A stretch of DNA of 63,759 nucleotides, filler included. It is 7 parts of 7 records of this genome, joined end to end, with 100 filler letters (N's around TTAATTAATTAA, not from the genome) between each part and the next. Parts side by side here need not be neighbours in the genome. Positions count along the whole stretch, not along the records: positions 30,229 to 38,216 come from DRR723986_11275; positions 38,317 to 47,670 come from DRR723986_11278; positions 47,771 to 55,227 come from DRR723986_11279; 4 more parts are not named here. One strand, 5' to 3'. The notes below the pieces were generated by a model. That model saw only the letters and a program-made list of their open reading frames with translations, had not been told where the DNA came from and ran no database searches. The position numbers and the translations under genes were made by a program. Position 1 is the first letter of the stretch. Each line of letters begins with the position of its first letter. Below, piece after piece: positions 37,379 through 48,647 of the stretch.

Positions 37379-38142
37379 CCCGTCACCACGACCCCACCAT
37401 CTATGACAAGTACCTGACCTGTCATCATTTTCGCGCTGTCGGAGGCGAGGAATAGCGTGCCGCCGACGATGTCTTCGGGGGCCAGTGTATCCTTCAGGCA
37501 CTGGCGGTCCAGATGCGCGGCCAGACCTTCGGGGGTGACCCAAAGATCCTTTTGCTTTTGGGTCAGAACCCAGCCCGGCGCGAGGGCGTTCACGCGGATA
37601 CGGTCGGGACCGAATTCGCGCGCGAGGCTGCGGGTCATGGCGGTGATGCCACCGTTTGCCGTCGTGTAGGCGGGATAGCCGGAATTGCCCATCATGTAGG
37701 AGATGGAAGAAAAGTTGACAATCGACCCTTTTCCATTTTCTTTCATATACTTGGCAGCGGATTGGCAGGCGAAGAAATAGGCTTTGAGGTTGATCGACTG
37801 GGACCAGTCCCAAAATTCCTCCGTGACCTCTTGGGCGGTGTGGCGCTTGTCATTGGCGGCATTATTGACCAGCACATCGATCGGGCCGTTGATGTCAGAC
37901 GCCTGTGCGATACAGGCCTGAAGCGCGGTGATATCGGTGATGTCGCAGGGCAGGAAAAGCGGGCGATTTCCGGTGCTTGCCTCCATCTCATCGACGAATC
38001 CGGACGCATCGGAGCGCTGGACGAAAGCCACTTTCGCGCCTTGACGCAGGAAGCCTTCGGTCAGGGCCGCGCCGATGCCGGAGCCGCCACCGGTGATGAA
38101 GACGGACGCGCCGTCGAGGTCGGGATAGGTCGGGTGCGTCAT
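37375..38142 (-). CDS. SDR aldose dehydrogenase (probable D-galactose 1-dehydrogenase)
   Basis: TGGGSGIG, NNAANDKRH. Directly upstream of dgoK. Confidence 0.8.
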   Translation of the reverse strand: MTHPTYPDLDGASVFITGGGSGIGAALTEGFLRQGAKVAFVQRSDASGFVDEMEASTGNRPLFLPCDITDITALQACIAQASDINGPIDVLVNNAANDKRHTAQEVTEEFWDWSQSINLKAYFFACQSAAKYMKENGKGSIVNFSSISYMMGNSGYPAYTTANGGITAMTRSLAREFGPDRIRVNALAPGWVLTQKQKDLWVTPEGLAAHLDRQCLKDTLAPEDIVGGTLFLASDSAKMMTGQVLVIDGGVVVTG

Positions 38143-38166
38143 GGTTGTTTTCCTTCGAATTCAGGG

Positions 38167-38216
38167 GGGCACCGCCGGTACACCATGCGTACACCCCCTG
38201 TACACCCCCCGTGCAT
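38167..38216. repeat. 11-bp-period GTACACC repeat array running into the contig end
   Basis: GGGCACC 38167, GTACACC 38178, 38189 and 38200, GTGCAT 38211. Confidence 0.85.
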
Positions 38217-38316
38217 NNNNNNNNNNNNNNNNNNNNNNNNNNNNNNNNNNNNNNNNNNNNTTAATTAATTAANNNNNNNNNNNNNNNNNNNNNNNNNNNN
38301 NNNNNNNNNNNNNNNN
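38217..38316. other. Artificial contig spacer
   Basis: N44-TTAATTAATTAA-N44. Confidence 0.98.
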
Positions 38317-39513
<1,197 letters not shown>

Positions 39514-39560
39514 GGCTTTCTCCGCTGGGACAGCTTCGGGTCAATCAATATAGTTGCGAT

Positions 39561-39576
39561 GTTAAGTATATTGAAC
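39561..39576. promoter_or_regulatory. Possible HpaR operator
   Basis: Imperfect AT-rich palindrome GTTAAGTATATTGAAC between divergent hpaE and hpaR. Confidence 0.35.
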
Positions 39577-39629
39577 CTCATGTCAACGGTTGTGTTGTTA
39601 ATCATCTCAAAATCGCCGAGAATGCAGGT

Positions 39630-40082
39630 ATGACAGTAGAAAATCCCCCTCTTCAGCGAACCCGCGAAACCTCGCGTGCGCTTCCGATTGCGCTTTTGCG
39701 GGCGCGTGAAACCGTGATGTCTCCGATTCGGGACATGCTGCATGACCTCAATCTGACGGAACAAAAATGGCGGATCCTGCGCACACTAGAGGAATGCGGA
39801 CGGGTTGAACAAAGCACCATCGCCAAAGAGGCGTGTTTGCTACTGCCCAGCCTGACCCGTATTTTGCGCACGATGGAGGCAGACGGCCAAATCGCCCGTG
39901 CCGCAGATTTGACGGACAAACGGCGCACGCTGGTTGAGATCACTGAAACCGGGCGCGCAATCTTGCGCGACAACATCCATGTATCAAACGGGATTTATCA
40001 GTCGATCCAATCCCAGATGGGTCAGGAAAAGCTCGATACACTTCTGGACCTGCTGCAAGAGCTACAACAGGTCCGCGTTTAA
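39630..40082 (+). CDS. hpaR: Homoprotocatechuate operon repressor, MarR family
   Basis: LPIALLRARE, LTEQKWRILR, ACLLLPSLTRIL, DKRR. Confidence 0.9.
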   Translation: MTVENPPLQRTRETSRALPIALLRARETVMSPIRDMLHDLNLTEQKWRILRTLEECGRVEQSTIAKEACLLLPSLTRILRTMEADGQIARAADLTDKRRTLVEITETGRAILRDNIHVSNGIYQSIQSQMGQEKLDTLLDLLQELQQVRV

Positions 40083-40117
40083 AACGGGCGCACCAGCTTT
40101 CCAGCGCGCCCAATATC

Positions 40118-41470
40118 TTACAGGGCGCGTAGGCCGGTATCCAATGCTGATAGGATCTTGGTCACATCGTCAGCTGTGATGATCAATGGGGGCGACAGGA
40201 TCACGTTGTTGCCTGACACACGCACCATCACGCCGTCCTCGTATGCTGCTTTTTGCAACGTCACAGGAACAGCTTTGCCAACCGGGGCTTTGGTGTCGCG
40301 GTCTGAAACTAGTTCCAGCGCACACATCAGGCCCTCGCCGCCACGCACATCACCAACAACGTCGTACTTTTCCTTCAACGCCTTGATGCCTGCGAACAGT
40401 TCCGCGCCGCGTACAGCTGCATTTTCGTGCACCTTCAGGCGCCGAATTTCGCTCAGCGCCGCCAATGCAGCAGCCGCACCTACAGGGTGGCCAGAATACG
40501 TATAACCCTGATCAATCGACGCGATGCCGGTGGTGTCGCTCTCGAACACTTCGGCCACATGACCGGCGATCATCGCCGCACCAAACGGAAAGTATCCGTT
40601 GGTGATCGCCTTGGCGGTGGTCATGATATCTGGCTGCACGCCCCAATGGCGCGCGCCACTTTCGGTACCTGTGCGACCAAAGGCAGTGATCACCTCGTCC
40701 GAGATCAGCAAAATACCATTCTTTTTGCAGACCTCGGCAACCATCGGCATAAAGCTTGCGTGCGGTGGGATTACCCCACCCGCGCCCAAAACCGGCTCCA
40801 TGATAAAGGCGGCAATGGTGTTTGCACCTTGGAATGCAATTTCGGCCTCTAACGCGCGCACACAAAGCTGCGCCAAACGCGCCGGATCAGTTTCATCAAA
40901 CGGATTGCGATAGGTGTACGGCGACGGGATATGGAAACAACCCGGCAACATCGGCTCATACGTATTGCGGAACTTGGCATTGCCGTTGACCGATGCGCCG
41001 CCGAAATGAGTGCCGTGATAACCCTGCTTCAGGCTCAGAAACTTAGTGCGCCCCGCATCGCCACGTACCCGGTGATACTGGCGTGCCATTTTCAACGCGA
41101 TTTCAACGGAATCCGACCCGCCCGATGTAAAGAACGCCCGTGTCAGCCCATCAGGCGCAAAGAAATCGGCCAGCTCATAAGACAGCTCGATCGCCTTGTC
41201 GTTGCTGGTGCCGCGAAAGGTCGAATAATACGGCAGCGCCGACAGCTGATCCGCAATGGCCTGCTTCACCGGCTCGCAGGAATACCCCAGATTGACATTC
41301 CACAAACCACCAACAGCGTCCAACGCCTTGTGTCCGTCGACATCAATGATCGAAACACCTTCGCCCCCGGTCAAGATCGTCGGAGGATTGTTCTGACTGT
41401 CCTTAGGGTGCGCCATGGGATGCCAGAAATGGCGAGCATTGTTTTCTTTCAGAAAGTTTGAATCTTTCAC
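40118..41470 (-). CDS. Class III (omega-amine) aminotransferase
   Basis: HFWHPM, GGLWNVNLG, SGGSDSVE, GYHGTH, DEVITAFGRTG, AKAITNGY. GTG start with GGAGGA RBS. Confidence 0.9.
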   Translation of the reverse strand: MKDSNFLKENNARHFWHPMAHPKDSQNNPPTILTGGEGVSIIDVDGHKALDAVGGLWNVNLGYSCEPVKQAIADQLSALPYYSTFRGTSNDKAIELSYELADFFAPDGLTRAFFTSGGSDSVEIALKMARQYHRVRGDAGRTKFLSLKQGYHGTHFGGASVNGNAKFRNTYEPMLPGCFHIPSPYTYRNPFDETDPARLAQLCVRALEAEIAFQGANTIAAFIMEPVLGAGGVIPPHASFMPMVAEVCKKNGILLISDEVITAFGRTGTESGARHWGVQPDIMTTAKAITNGYFPFGAAMIAGHVAEVFESDTTGIASIDQGYTYSGHPVGAAAALAALSEIRRLKVHENAAVRGAELFAGIKALKEKYDVVGDVRGGEGLMCALELVSDRDTKAPVGKAVPVTLQKAAYEDGVMVRVSGNNVILSPPLIITADDVTKILSALDTGLRAL

Positions 41471-41499
41471 GTCAGTCCTCCGAAGTCCGTAAAAATGGC

Positions 41500-42285
41500 T
41501 TACGCCGATGCAGTGCGGGGGAAATCTGGAGGGATGCGTCCCCCCCAGGCCCGCGTGATGTTTTCCGAGTTGGTTCTAAGCGTCGCATAGATGCGCTGGC
41601 GCAGGTCTTCGCTCATACGCACAGATGGTGTCGCAATCGCAACGGCTCCCACGGCCACGCCCTTGGCATCAAACAACGGGGCCGCGATGCCGTGTACTTC
41701 GGCTTCAAATCCGTTCGGGCTTTCGGCCAATCCCACCTTGCGTGTCTGATCCCAGATCATTTCCAACTGTGCCGGGTCGACAATTGTTTCCGGCGTGAAC
41801 GGATCATGTGTAGTGGTCCGCACCCAATTTTGCACCGCGGCAGAGCCAAATGTCGTGACCGCCAACCCCGAGGCGGTCGCATGCAAAGGCAAGGGCACAG
41901 CCGCATCAATCACAACGCGCGTGCTGTGGGCCGTAGCTTCTTCGACCGCGATTGTACTCAGCTTGCACCCATCCAAAAGCGAAAGATGGCAGCACTCGCC
42001 AGAGTGCGCGACGCAGTCTTTCATAAAGGGGCGCGCGACTGTTCGTGTGGGAAAAGACGACTCGCGCAGGTGCGCCAAACGCAATACGGCACTGCCCAAG
42101 CGGTACTGCTTGGTATCCGAATCCTGCTCAACCATCCCGTATTCAACAAGCTCTGTCAGCAACCGTAGGGCGGTCGCTTTGTTGTATCCCGTCAAACGAG
42201 TCATCTGCGAGAGCCCAATTTCAGGGCCCGTGAGCGAGAAAAAATCAAGCATTCGCAGCGCTTTGGTCGTCGTGCCCATATCCAT
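41500..42285 (-). CDS. IclR family transcriptional regulator
   Basis: KALRMLDFF HTH, YRLG, PLHATASG, GIAAPLFD. Start at 42285 or 42279. Confidence 0.9.
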   Translation of the reverse strand: MDMGTTTKALRMLDFFSLTGPEIGLSQMTRLTGYNKATALRLLTELVEYGMVEQDSDTKQYRLGSAVLRLAHLRESSFPTRTVARPFMKDCVAHSGECCHLSLLDGCKLSTIAVEEATAHSTRVVIDAAVPLPLHATASGLAVTTFGSAAVQNWVRTTTHDPFTPETIVDPAQLEMIWDQTRKVGLAESPNGFEAEVHGIAAPLFDAKGVAVGAVAIATPSVRMSEDLRQRIYATLRTNSENITRAWGGRIPPDFPRTASA

Positions 42286-42308
42286 AGCCTTTCCGTTACA
42301 TGTAATCC

Positions 42309-42370
42309 TTGACAGAAATTGATTAACATAGCAATCTAAAACATGTATATCATGGTTCATTATTTGAACC
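42309..42370 (+). promoter_or_regulatory. sigma70 promoter and palindromic operator upstream of the TTT operon
   Basis: TTGACA (42309-42314)-17 bp-CAATCT (42332-42337). Perfect GGTTCA-N5-TGAACC at 42354-42370. Confidence 0.7.
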
Positions 42371-42391
42371 GGCACAACAGGGAGGAATAAT

Positions 42392-43324
42392 GTGTCCAAG
42401 ATTACCAAGCTCGCACTCGCCTTTACGCTGGCCGCCACAGTGGCCGTGGCTGAGTACCCAGAAAAACCCGTTTCCTTTGTGGTTCCGTGGCCTCCAGGCG
42501 ACCTCGAAGACGTTCTGACTCGCATGATCGCGGACGAGTTTCAGGCAACCTATGGCGTGCCCGCTGCAGTCGTAAACAAACCCGGCGGCGGCGGTGGCCC
42601 CTTTCCCGGCGCGGTCGACGTCGCGATTGCACCCGCTGATGGCTATACAGTCGGCTCGTTTGTGATCGGCGTTCCCATCACCGGTCCCAAAATTGGCATT
42701 CCCGAGCTGTCGCCAAACCCGTTTGAACCCATCGGGATCTTTTTGACCTATCCGTTTGTCATTGCAGCCAGCAAATCAGCCCCCTACCAAAACTGGGCCG
42801 AGCTGGCAGCACATGGCAAAGACAATGATATCGCGCTGGGTCACTTTGGTGCCCCCCTGCCCCCCACCCGTGTGACCATGGCCGCCGCTATCGCATCCGG
42901 CTTTGACTTTGCATCCGAAGCCGCGTTTGACGCGCTGGACTGCAATACGCTGGCCTCGGGCGATGTGGACGTGATCAACACCACCCTGCAGCTGATCCTG
43001 CCCTGCCTGGACGACGTCAATGTTCTGGCGTCAATAGGCGGCGAGCGGATCTCGCTGGTGCCAGACACCCCCACCGTGACCGAACTGGTGCCTGAACTGC
43101 CGCTCTACCTGTGGAATGGCCTGTTTGTGCACAAAGACACCCCGGCAGACGTCCGCGAGAAAATCGCTGTTGTCGCGGAAAAAGTCGTGACCTCGGACAA
43201 GGCGCAGCAACTGGCCAAAGAAACCGGTGCGCTGATCTATTGGCAGGACGCCGCCGCCTCTGAGGCGCAGATTTCTGGCGACGAAGCCTCTGTTGCGAAA
43301 ATCGGCGAGATCCTCGGCGAATAA
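42392..43324 (+). CDS. Tripartite tricarboxylate transporter substrate-binding protein (TctC/Bug family)
   Basis: Signal peptide, YPEKPVSFVVPWPPG, VVNKPGGGG, PADGYT, PDTPT, WNGLFV..TP. Confidence 0.88.
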   Translation: MSKITKLALAFTLAATVAVAEYPEKPVSFVVPWPPGDLEDVLTRMIADEFQATYGVPAAVVNKPGGGGGPFPGAVDVAIAPADGYTVGSFVIGVPITGPKIGIPELSPNPFEPIGIFLTYPFVIAASKSAPYQNWAELAAHGKDNDIALGHFGAPLPPTRVTMAAAIASGFDFASEAAFDALDCNTLASGDVDVINTTLQLILPCLDDVNVLASIGGERISLVPDTPTVTELVPELPLYLWNGLFVHKDTPADVREKIAVVAEKVVTSDKAQQLAKETGALIYWQDAAASEAQISGDEASVAKIGEILGE

Positions 43325-43391
43325 GAAACTCAAGACTGCGCAGGCCAATCGGGTCTGCGCAGTTTGTCGAGGCAGAGAGGGAGAGCCCCAC

Positions 43392-43931
43392 ATGCGGACG
43401 ATCAAAACGCTACAGGATCTGTTCAGGCGATACCGGCGCCCCGGAGATATCGTATTCGCGCTGCTCTTTCTTGCGCTTGCTGTTTTTCTGCTGACCCAAT
43501 TGGGTGAACAAACCAAAATGGTAAAACGCACCAAGTGGTACGCCCAGCCCAGCCTGTGGCCCACGGTTGCTGTCTACGGCATGGTCGGCTTTGGTGCGCT
43601 GCACTACATCAGTTCGCTGTTATCACCCCGTATTCCCGGTCGCTGGCGTGAGGTGTTGTTCTGGCTCAAATCGTTGGAATTCGTCGCCTATTTCCTGATC
43701 TATGTGTTTGCGGTTCCACTGCTTGGCTATTTGCCTTCTTCGGTCTTATTCGCGCTGTTTCTTTGCGCCCGTGTTGGATTTCGCAGCCCCCAGATGTTTC
43801 TGGCCGCGGCAGCCTTTGGCGCCAGTCTGGCAGTGATCTTTCGCGCGTTCTTGCAGGTCAAAATCCCCGCTGGCCAGATCTACGAACTGCTCCCCGAGAC
43901 CATCCGCGCCTTTGCGCTGACTTACCTGTGA
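43392..43931 (+). CDS. TTT small membrane subunit (TctB family)
   Basis: Four to five TM segments, LGY motif, C-terminal F...LQVKIPAG. Lies between TctC and TctA. Confidence 0.85.
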   Translation: MRTIKTLQDLFRRYRRPGDIVFALLFLALAVFLLTQLGEQTKMVKRTKWYAQPSLWPTVAVYGMVGFGALHYISSLLSPRIPGRWREVLFWLKSLEFVAYFLIYVFAVPLLGYLPSSVLFALFLCARVGFRSPQMFLAAAAFGASLAVIFRAFLQVKIPAGQIYELLPETIRAFALTYL

Positions 43932-43938
43932 GGCTCTG

Positions 43939-45459
43939 ATGGACGTCTTTGTATCCGGCTTGGGCATTCTGGCCCAATGGCAAGTTCTTGTGGCCCTGCT
44001 GATCGGGTCTGTTGGGGGCGTGATCATCGGTGCCCTGCCAGGCGTTGGCGCCGCAGTGGCGATTGCAATCCTGTTGCCTGCCACCTTTTCGTTCGAACCC
44101 ATCGTTGGGTTGACCTTGCTCTTAGGGATCTATGGCTCGTCGATGTACGGCGGCGCGATCCCAGCGATCCTGATCAACACACCCGGCACAGCGGTTAACG
44201 CGCTGACCACCTATGACGGCTATCCAATGACCAAGCGTGGTCAGGCTCACCGCGCGCTATCACTGGCCTATTCCGCGTCCTTTTTTGGTGGCGTGTTTTC
44301 GATCCTCTGCCTGATTGTCCTGTCACCTCTGTTGGCTATGGTTGCCCCCCATTTTGGCAGCCGCGAGATTTTCCTCGCCGCATTTATGGGTATCCTGTTG
44401 GTGGTGCTGGCGCATCGTGGTCAGACGTTTGCCGCCGCTATGCTCGCCTGTCTCGGGATCTTCCTGAACACCGTCGGTCTGGAACCTGTCAAATACACCC
44501 GCCGCTTTACCTTTGATCAAAGCTGGCTGACCTCGGGCGTTGATCTAATCGTTGTGGTTCTCGGGCTGTTTGCAATTAGCCAAGCGCTGCTCTTGCTGGT
44601 CGACAAAGACACCGCCCCGCCAAAGGCCCACGTCGATGGCAACCTAACGACTGGGCTTAAGGAACTGCTGGGCCTGAAACGTATCGCCACCGTATCATCA
44701 TCAATCGGCGTGCTGATGGGCATGATCCCGGGCGTGGGCGAATTCACCTCGCAATTCCTGTCTTACACCTATGCGCAGAAGTCATCGAAAACGCCCGAGA
44801 AATTCGGCAAAGGCTCTCCCGAAGGGCTGGTGGCATCCGAGGCGGCGAACAACGCCGTCCCCGGTGCGGCGATGATCCCATTGTTGGCGCTTGGCATCCC
44901 AGGCGAGGCGCTGACCGCGATGATGCTCTCAGTGTTTTACGTCCATAACGTGATCCCCGGTCCGCAACTGTTTGCCAACCAAATGGATTTCGTCATGGCA
45001 CTCTATATGGCGCTGATCCTGCTCAACGTGATCGTGTTGGTATTCCTACTCTTCTCGACCAACCTGCTGTTGAAAATCATCCAGATCCCAACCCGGTTTC
45101 TGGGACTGATGATCCTGATGTTGTCCTTTGTTGGGGTCTATTCCCTGCGCAATTCGGCCACCGACTGCATGCTGGCGGCGGGTTTTGGTGTCTTTGGCTT
45201 GATCCTGAAGCGCCTGAACCTACCCGTCGTGCCAATCATTCTGGGCATGGTCTTGGGCGGCATCATGGAGGTCAAACTGCGCAGCGCCATGGCCCGCGTC
45301 AAATCTCCGATGGATTTTGTTGATCGGCCCATTGCCGCAATTCTGGCGCTGATGATTTTGCTGATCATCGTCATGCACATCCGCACCCTGATCAACGAAC
45401 ACAAGAACCGCATCCGTCCCGAGCCGACGGGCGACGATTCCACAACTCAACAAGGCTGA
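43939..45459 (+). CDS. TTT large membrane subunit (TctA family)
   Basis: GALPGVG, YGGAIPAILINTPG, DGYPM, EAANNA, LALGIPG. Confidence 0.92.
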   Translation: MDVFVSGLGILAQWQVLVALLIGSVGGVIIGALPGVGAAVAIAILLPATFSFEPIVGLTLLLGIYGSSMYGGAIPAILINTPGTAVNALTTYDGYPMTKRGQAHRALSLAYSASFFGGVFSILCLIVLSPLLAMVAPHFGSREIFLAAFMGILLVVLAHRGQTFAAAMLACLGIFLNTVGLEPVKYTRRFTFDQSWLTSGVDLIVVVLGLFAISQALLLLVDKDTAPPKAHVDGNLTTGLKELLGLKRIATVSSSIGVLMGMIPGVGEFTSQFLSYTYAQKSSKTPEKFGKGSPEGLVASEAANNAVPGAAMIPLLALGIPGEALTAMMLSVFYVHNVIPGPQLFANQMDFVMALYMALILLNVIVLVFLLFSTNLLLKIIQIPTRFLGLMILMLSFVGVYSLRNSATDCMLAAGFGVFGLILKRLNLPVVPIILGMVLGGIMEVKLRSAMARVKSPMDFVDRPIAAILALMILLIIVMHIRTLINEHKNRIRPEPTGDDSTTQQG

Positions 45460-45468
45460 GATTAACCC

Positions 45469-46953
45469 ATGGATCAAACTTCGATCGACGCGCTGCGCGC
45501 CCTTCCTGTATCACCGCGCGGTCACTTCATCGACGGCCAGAGTGTCGCCGCAATCGAAGGCGGTATGCGTGACGTTACTTCCCCCATAGACGGGCAAGTC
45601 CTGACGCAAATCGCCGAAGGATCCCCAGCAGATATGGAGCGGGCCATCACCTCGGCCCGCGCCGCATTCGAGGATGGCCGCTGGTCTCGCACGGCCCCGG
45701 CAGCCCGCAAAAAGGTGCTGTTGAAACTGGCGGATCTGATTGAAGCGCAGGCGCTGGAACTGGCGGTTCTGGGCGTGCGCGACAATGGCACCGAAATCAA
45801 CATGGCGATCAAGGCGGAATCCATGTCCGCCGCCGCCACCTTCCGCTATTACGGCGAGGCGATTGATAAAGTGTACGGCCAAATCGCGCCGACAGCTGAA
45901 AACGTACTTGGTCTGGTGCATCATGCGCCCGTCGGTGTTGTTGGGGCGATTGTGCCATGGAATTTCCCCCTGATGATCGGGTCGTGGAAAATCGCACCCG
46001 CACTGGCCGCTGGCAATTCCATCGTTCTGAAACCCGCCGAAAGCGCGTCGCTCAGCCTGCTGCGCATAGCCGAACTTGCATCAGAGGCTGGCGTGCCCGA
46101 TGGCGTTTTCAACGTGGTAACCGGGAAAGGCAGCGTTGTGGGGGAAACCCTCGCGCTCAGCATGGATGTGGACATCATGGTCTTTACCGGATCCGGCGCG
46201 ACCGGGCGACGGTTGCTGGAATATTCTGCGCGGTCCAACCTGAAACGTTGTTACCTCGAACTGGGCGGTAAATCCCCCAACATCATTTTTAACGATGCCC
46301 CGGATCTGGCTCACGCGGCGCAAGTTTCCGCAGGCGGTATTTTTCGCAACTCGGGTCAGGTCTGCGTCGCCGGGTCTCGCCTGTTGGTGCAGGAAGATAT
46401 CCATGACGATTTCGTTGCCGAGATCTGCAAACACGCCGAGGCCTTCCGCGTTGGCAACCCACTGGACCTGAGCAGCCAAATCGGCACGGTGCACTCGCTG
46501 GGCGAATTGGAAGCGAACCTTGATTTCGTCGCACGCGCCGAGGCCGAAGGCGCCAGTCGCCTATCTGGCGGCAATCGCATCCTGTCTGAGACCGGCGGAT
46601 ACTACATGCAGCCCACGGTGATGGGAGGCGTCAAACCCACCGACACACTCGCCCAGCAAGAGGTGTTTGGTCCCGTGCTGGCTGTGACCCCGTTCAAGGA
46701 CGAGGACGAAGCAATCGCAATCGCCAATTCCACCGTTTATGGTCTGTCCGCCGGGGTCTGGACCTCGAACCTCGGCCGGGCGCACCGCATGGTGGCAGGC
46801 ATTCGGTCGGGTATCATCCACGTGAACACCTATGGCGGGTCGGATCTGACTGTGCCGTTAGGCGGGGTTGGGCAATCCGGCAATGGCCACGACAAATCCC
46901 TGCATGCGATGGACAAATATTTCGACCTGAAAACAGCTTGGATTCAACTCTGA
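45469..46953 (+). CDS. Aldehyde dehydrogenase (PuuC/phenylacetaldehyde dehydrogenase-like)
   Basis: IVPWNFP, FTGS, LELGGKSP, NSGQVCVAGSR, EVFGP, GNGHDKSLHA. Confidence 0.9.
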   Translation: MDQTSIDALRALPVSPRGHFIDGQSVAAIEGGMRDVTSPIDGQVLTQIAEGSPADMERAITSARAAFEDGRWSRTAPAARKKVLLKLADLIEAQALELAVLGVRDNGTEINMAIKAESMSAAATFRYYGEAIDKVYGQIAPTAENVLGLVHHAPVGVVGAIVPWNFPLMIGSWKIAPALAAGNSIVLKPAESASLSLLRIAELASEAGVPDGVFNVVTGKGSVVGETLALSMDVDIMVFTGSGATGRRLLEYSARSNLKRCYLELGGKSPNIIFNDAPDLAHAAQVSAGGIFRNSGQVCVAGSRLLVQEDIHDDFVAEICKHAEAFRVGNPLDLSSQIGTVHSLGELEANLDFVARAEAEGASRLSGGNRILSETGGYYMQPTVMGGVKPTDTLAQQEVFGPVLAVTPFKDEDEAIAIANSTVYGLSAGVWTSNLGRAHRMVAGIRSGIIHVNTYGGSDLTVPLGGVGQSGNGHDKSLHAMDKYFDLKTAWIQL

Positions 46954-46986
46954 CCTTTTTCTGATACCCCCCGAGGGAGGCCCCCC

Positions 46987-47670
46987 ATGACCCAAAAGAC
47001 CATTCTTCTGATTGGCACCTACGACACCAAAGACCCCGAAATGCAGTTCATTGCCGAATGCGTTCGCGATCAGGGGGCCCGCGTGTTGACCATGGACGTC
47101 AGTGTTCTTGGCGATCCAAGCCAGCCTACCGACATTTCCAAGCACGAGGTCGCAGCGGCAGGTGGCATGACCATCGACGAGGTGATCGCGCTTGGTGATG
47201 AAAACAAAGCGTTCCGGGTGATGTCACGTGGTGCGGCGCTGGTTGTGGCCAAGGCCCACGCCGAGGGGCGGTTTGACGGGATGCTGGCCACCGGCGGCAC
47301 CATGGGTACTGATTTGGCGCTGGACTGTGCGCAGGCGCTGCCAATGGGTGTTCCGAAATACATCGTCTCAACCGTCAGCTTTTCCCCCCTGATCCCACCC
47401 CACCGTCTAGCGCCCGATATTCAGATGATCCTCTGGGCTGGGGGATTGTATGGCATGAATTCAATCTGTCGTTCTTCGCTGTCACAGGCCGCCGGCGCGG
47501 TGGTGGGCGCAATCAAAGCCGTGATTCCGCCAGAACGGGCGCTACCGTTGATCGGCATGACCTCGCTGGGATCGTCGTGCTTGAAGTATATGAAGACACT
47601 CAAACCGGCGCTGGAACAGCGCGGGTTTGAGGTCGCCATTTTCCATTCCACCGGCATGGGCGGCATGGCT
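46987..47670 (+). CDS. Tm-1-like ATP-binding domain protein (UPF0261), 3'-truncated
   Basis: IGTYDTK, GGTMGT, LPMGVPKYIVST, GMTSLG, FHSTGMGG. Confidence 0.85.
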
Positions 47671-47770
47671 NNNNNNNNNNNNNNNNNNNNNNNNNNNNNN
47701 NNNNNNNNNNNNNNTTAATTAATTAANNNNNNNNNNNNNNNNNNNNNNNNNNNNNNNNNNNNNNNNNNNN
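47671..47770. other. Artificial contig spacer
   Basis: N44-TTAATTAATTAA-N44. Confidence 0.98.
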
Positions 47771-48349
47771 GGAGCCCAGAACCAGCGGGTAATCTTCGGC
47801 GGACCCACCTTCGAACGCTTCACCATCGACCTTGCCGACGAAGTCGATCACGACCTGATCGCCATCGGCGGCCTTGCCCTTCTTGGTGGCGAAGTTCTGC
47901 GCCGACTCGGCCAGGTTCTTCAGCGCGTCCTGCACGTCATCCTCTGCCGGGGCGACGACCATTTTTTCAAGGGTCAGCGCCTTGTAATCGACATCCGGAA
48001 TTTCGGGCAGCTTTTCGTAGGTCATCGAGACGACCACATCGTCGCCCTCTTTCCAGTCATCGCCAACCATCTTCACTTCGGGCTGCATCGCCGGGCGGTC
48101 ACCGGATTCTTCCAGATGGGCCTGCATGGCGCCATCAACGGATTCCTGCATGGCTTCGCCCATGATGCGGGGGCCGAACTGCTTCTTCAGCAGCGCCATC
48201 GGCACCTTGCCCTTGCGGAAGCCCTTCATCGCCACTTCGGGGCGGGCTTCTTCCAGCTTTTCGTTGACTTTGGCTTCCAGCTCGGCCCCGGTGATCGTGA
48301 TCTCGTAACCGCGCTTCAGCCCTTCGTTCAGGGTCTCGTTGACCTGCAT
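47771..48349 (-). CDS. tig: Trigger factor, 3'-truncated
   Basis: [13 protein letters not shown], ribosome-binding [12 protein letters not shown] start [16 protein letters not shown]. Confidence 0.96.
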
Positions 48350-48520
48350 GTTTTTCCTCGTTCGCCGGGCCCGTGGCACCCATGATGGCGCAACGGGATA
48401 AGAAAATCTGTGGCCTTCTAGGGTGGCGTGACCGGGCTTGCAAGCCCAAAGCCCGGACCATGGCCCGGTTTGGCCGGGAATCCCGTGCATTCTTGTTTAT
48501 TGGGGGTCTGCGGGCCGGGC

Positions 48521-48549
48521 TTGACAATTCCGACTCTTTTAATCAGATT
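48521..48549 (+). promoter_or_regulatory. hemP promoter with an overlapping Iron-Rhodo-box-like site
   Basis: TTGACA (48521)-17 bp-CAGATT. CCGAC-N7-ATCAG (48530-48546) resembles the CTGAC-N7-GTCAG-type iron box. Confidence 0.5.
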
Positions 48550-48647
48550 AAATCTGTCACCAGCCAGTCTCCCGCAGCCACTGACGCCAAATGGAACCGC
48601 GACAGACACCGGGCCAATGCCCGCGACATGGAACAGGAGAGCCAAAG

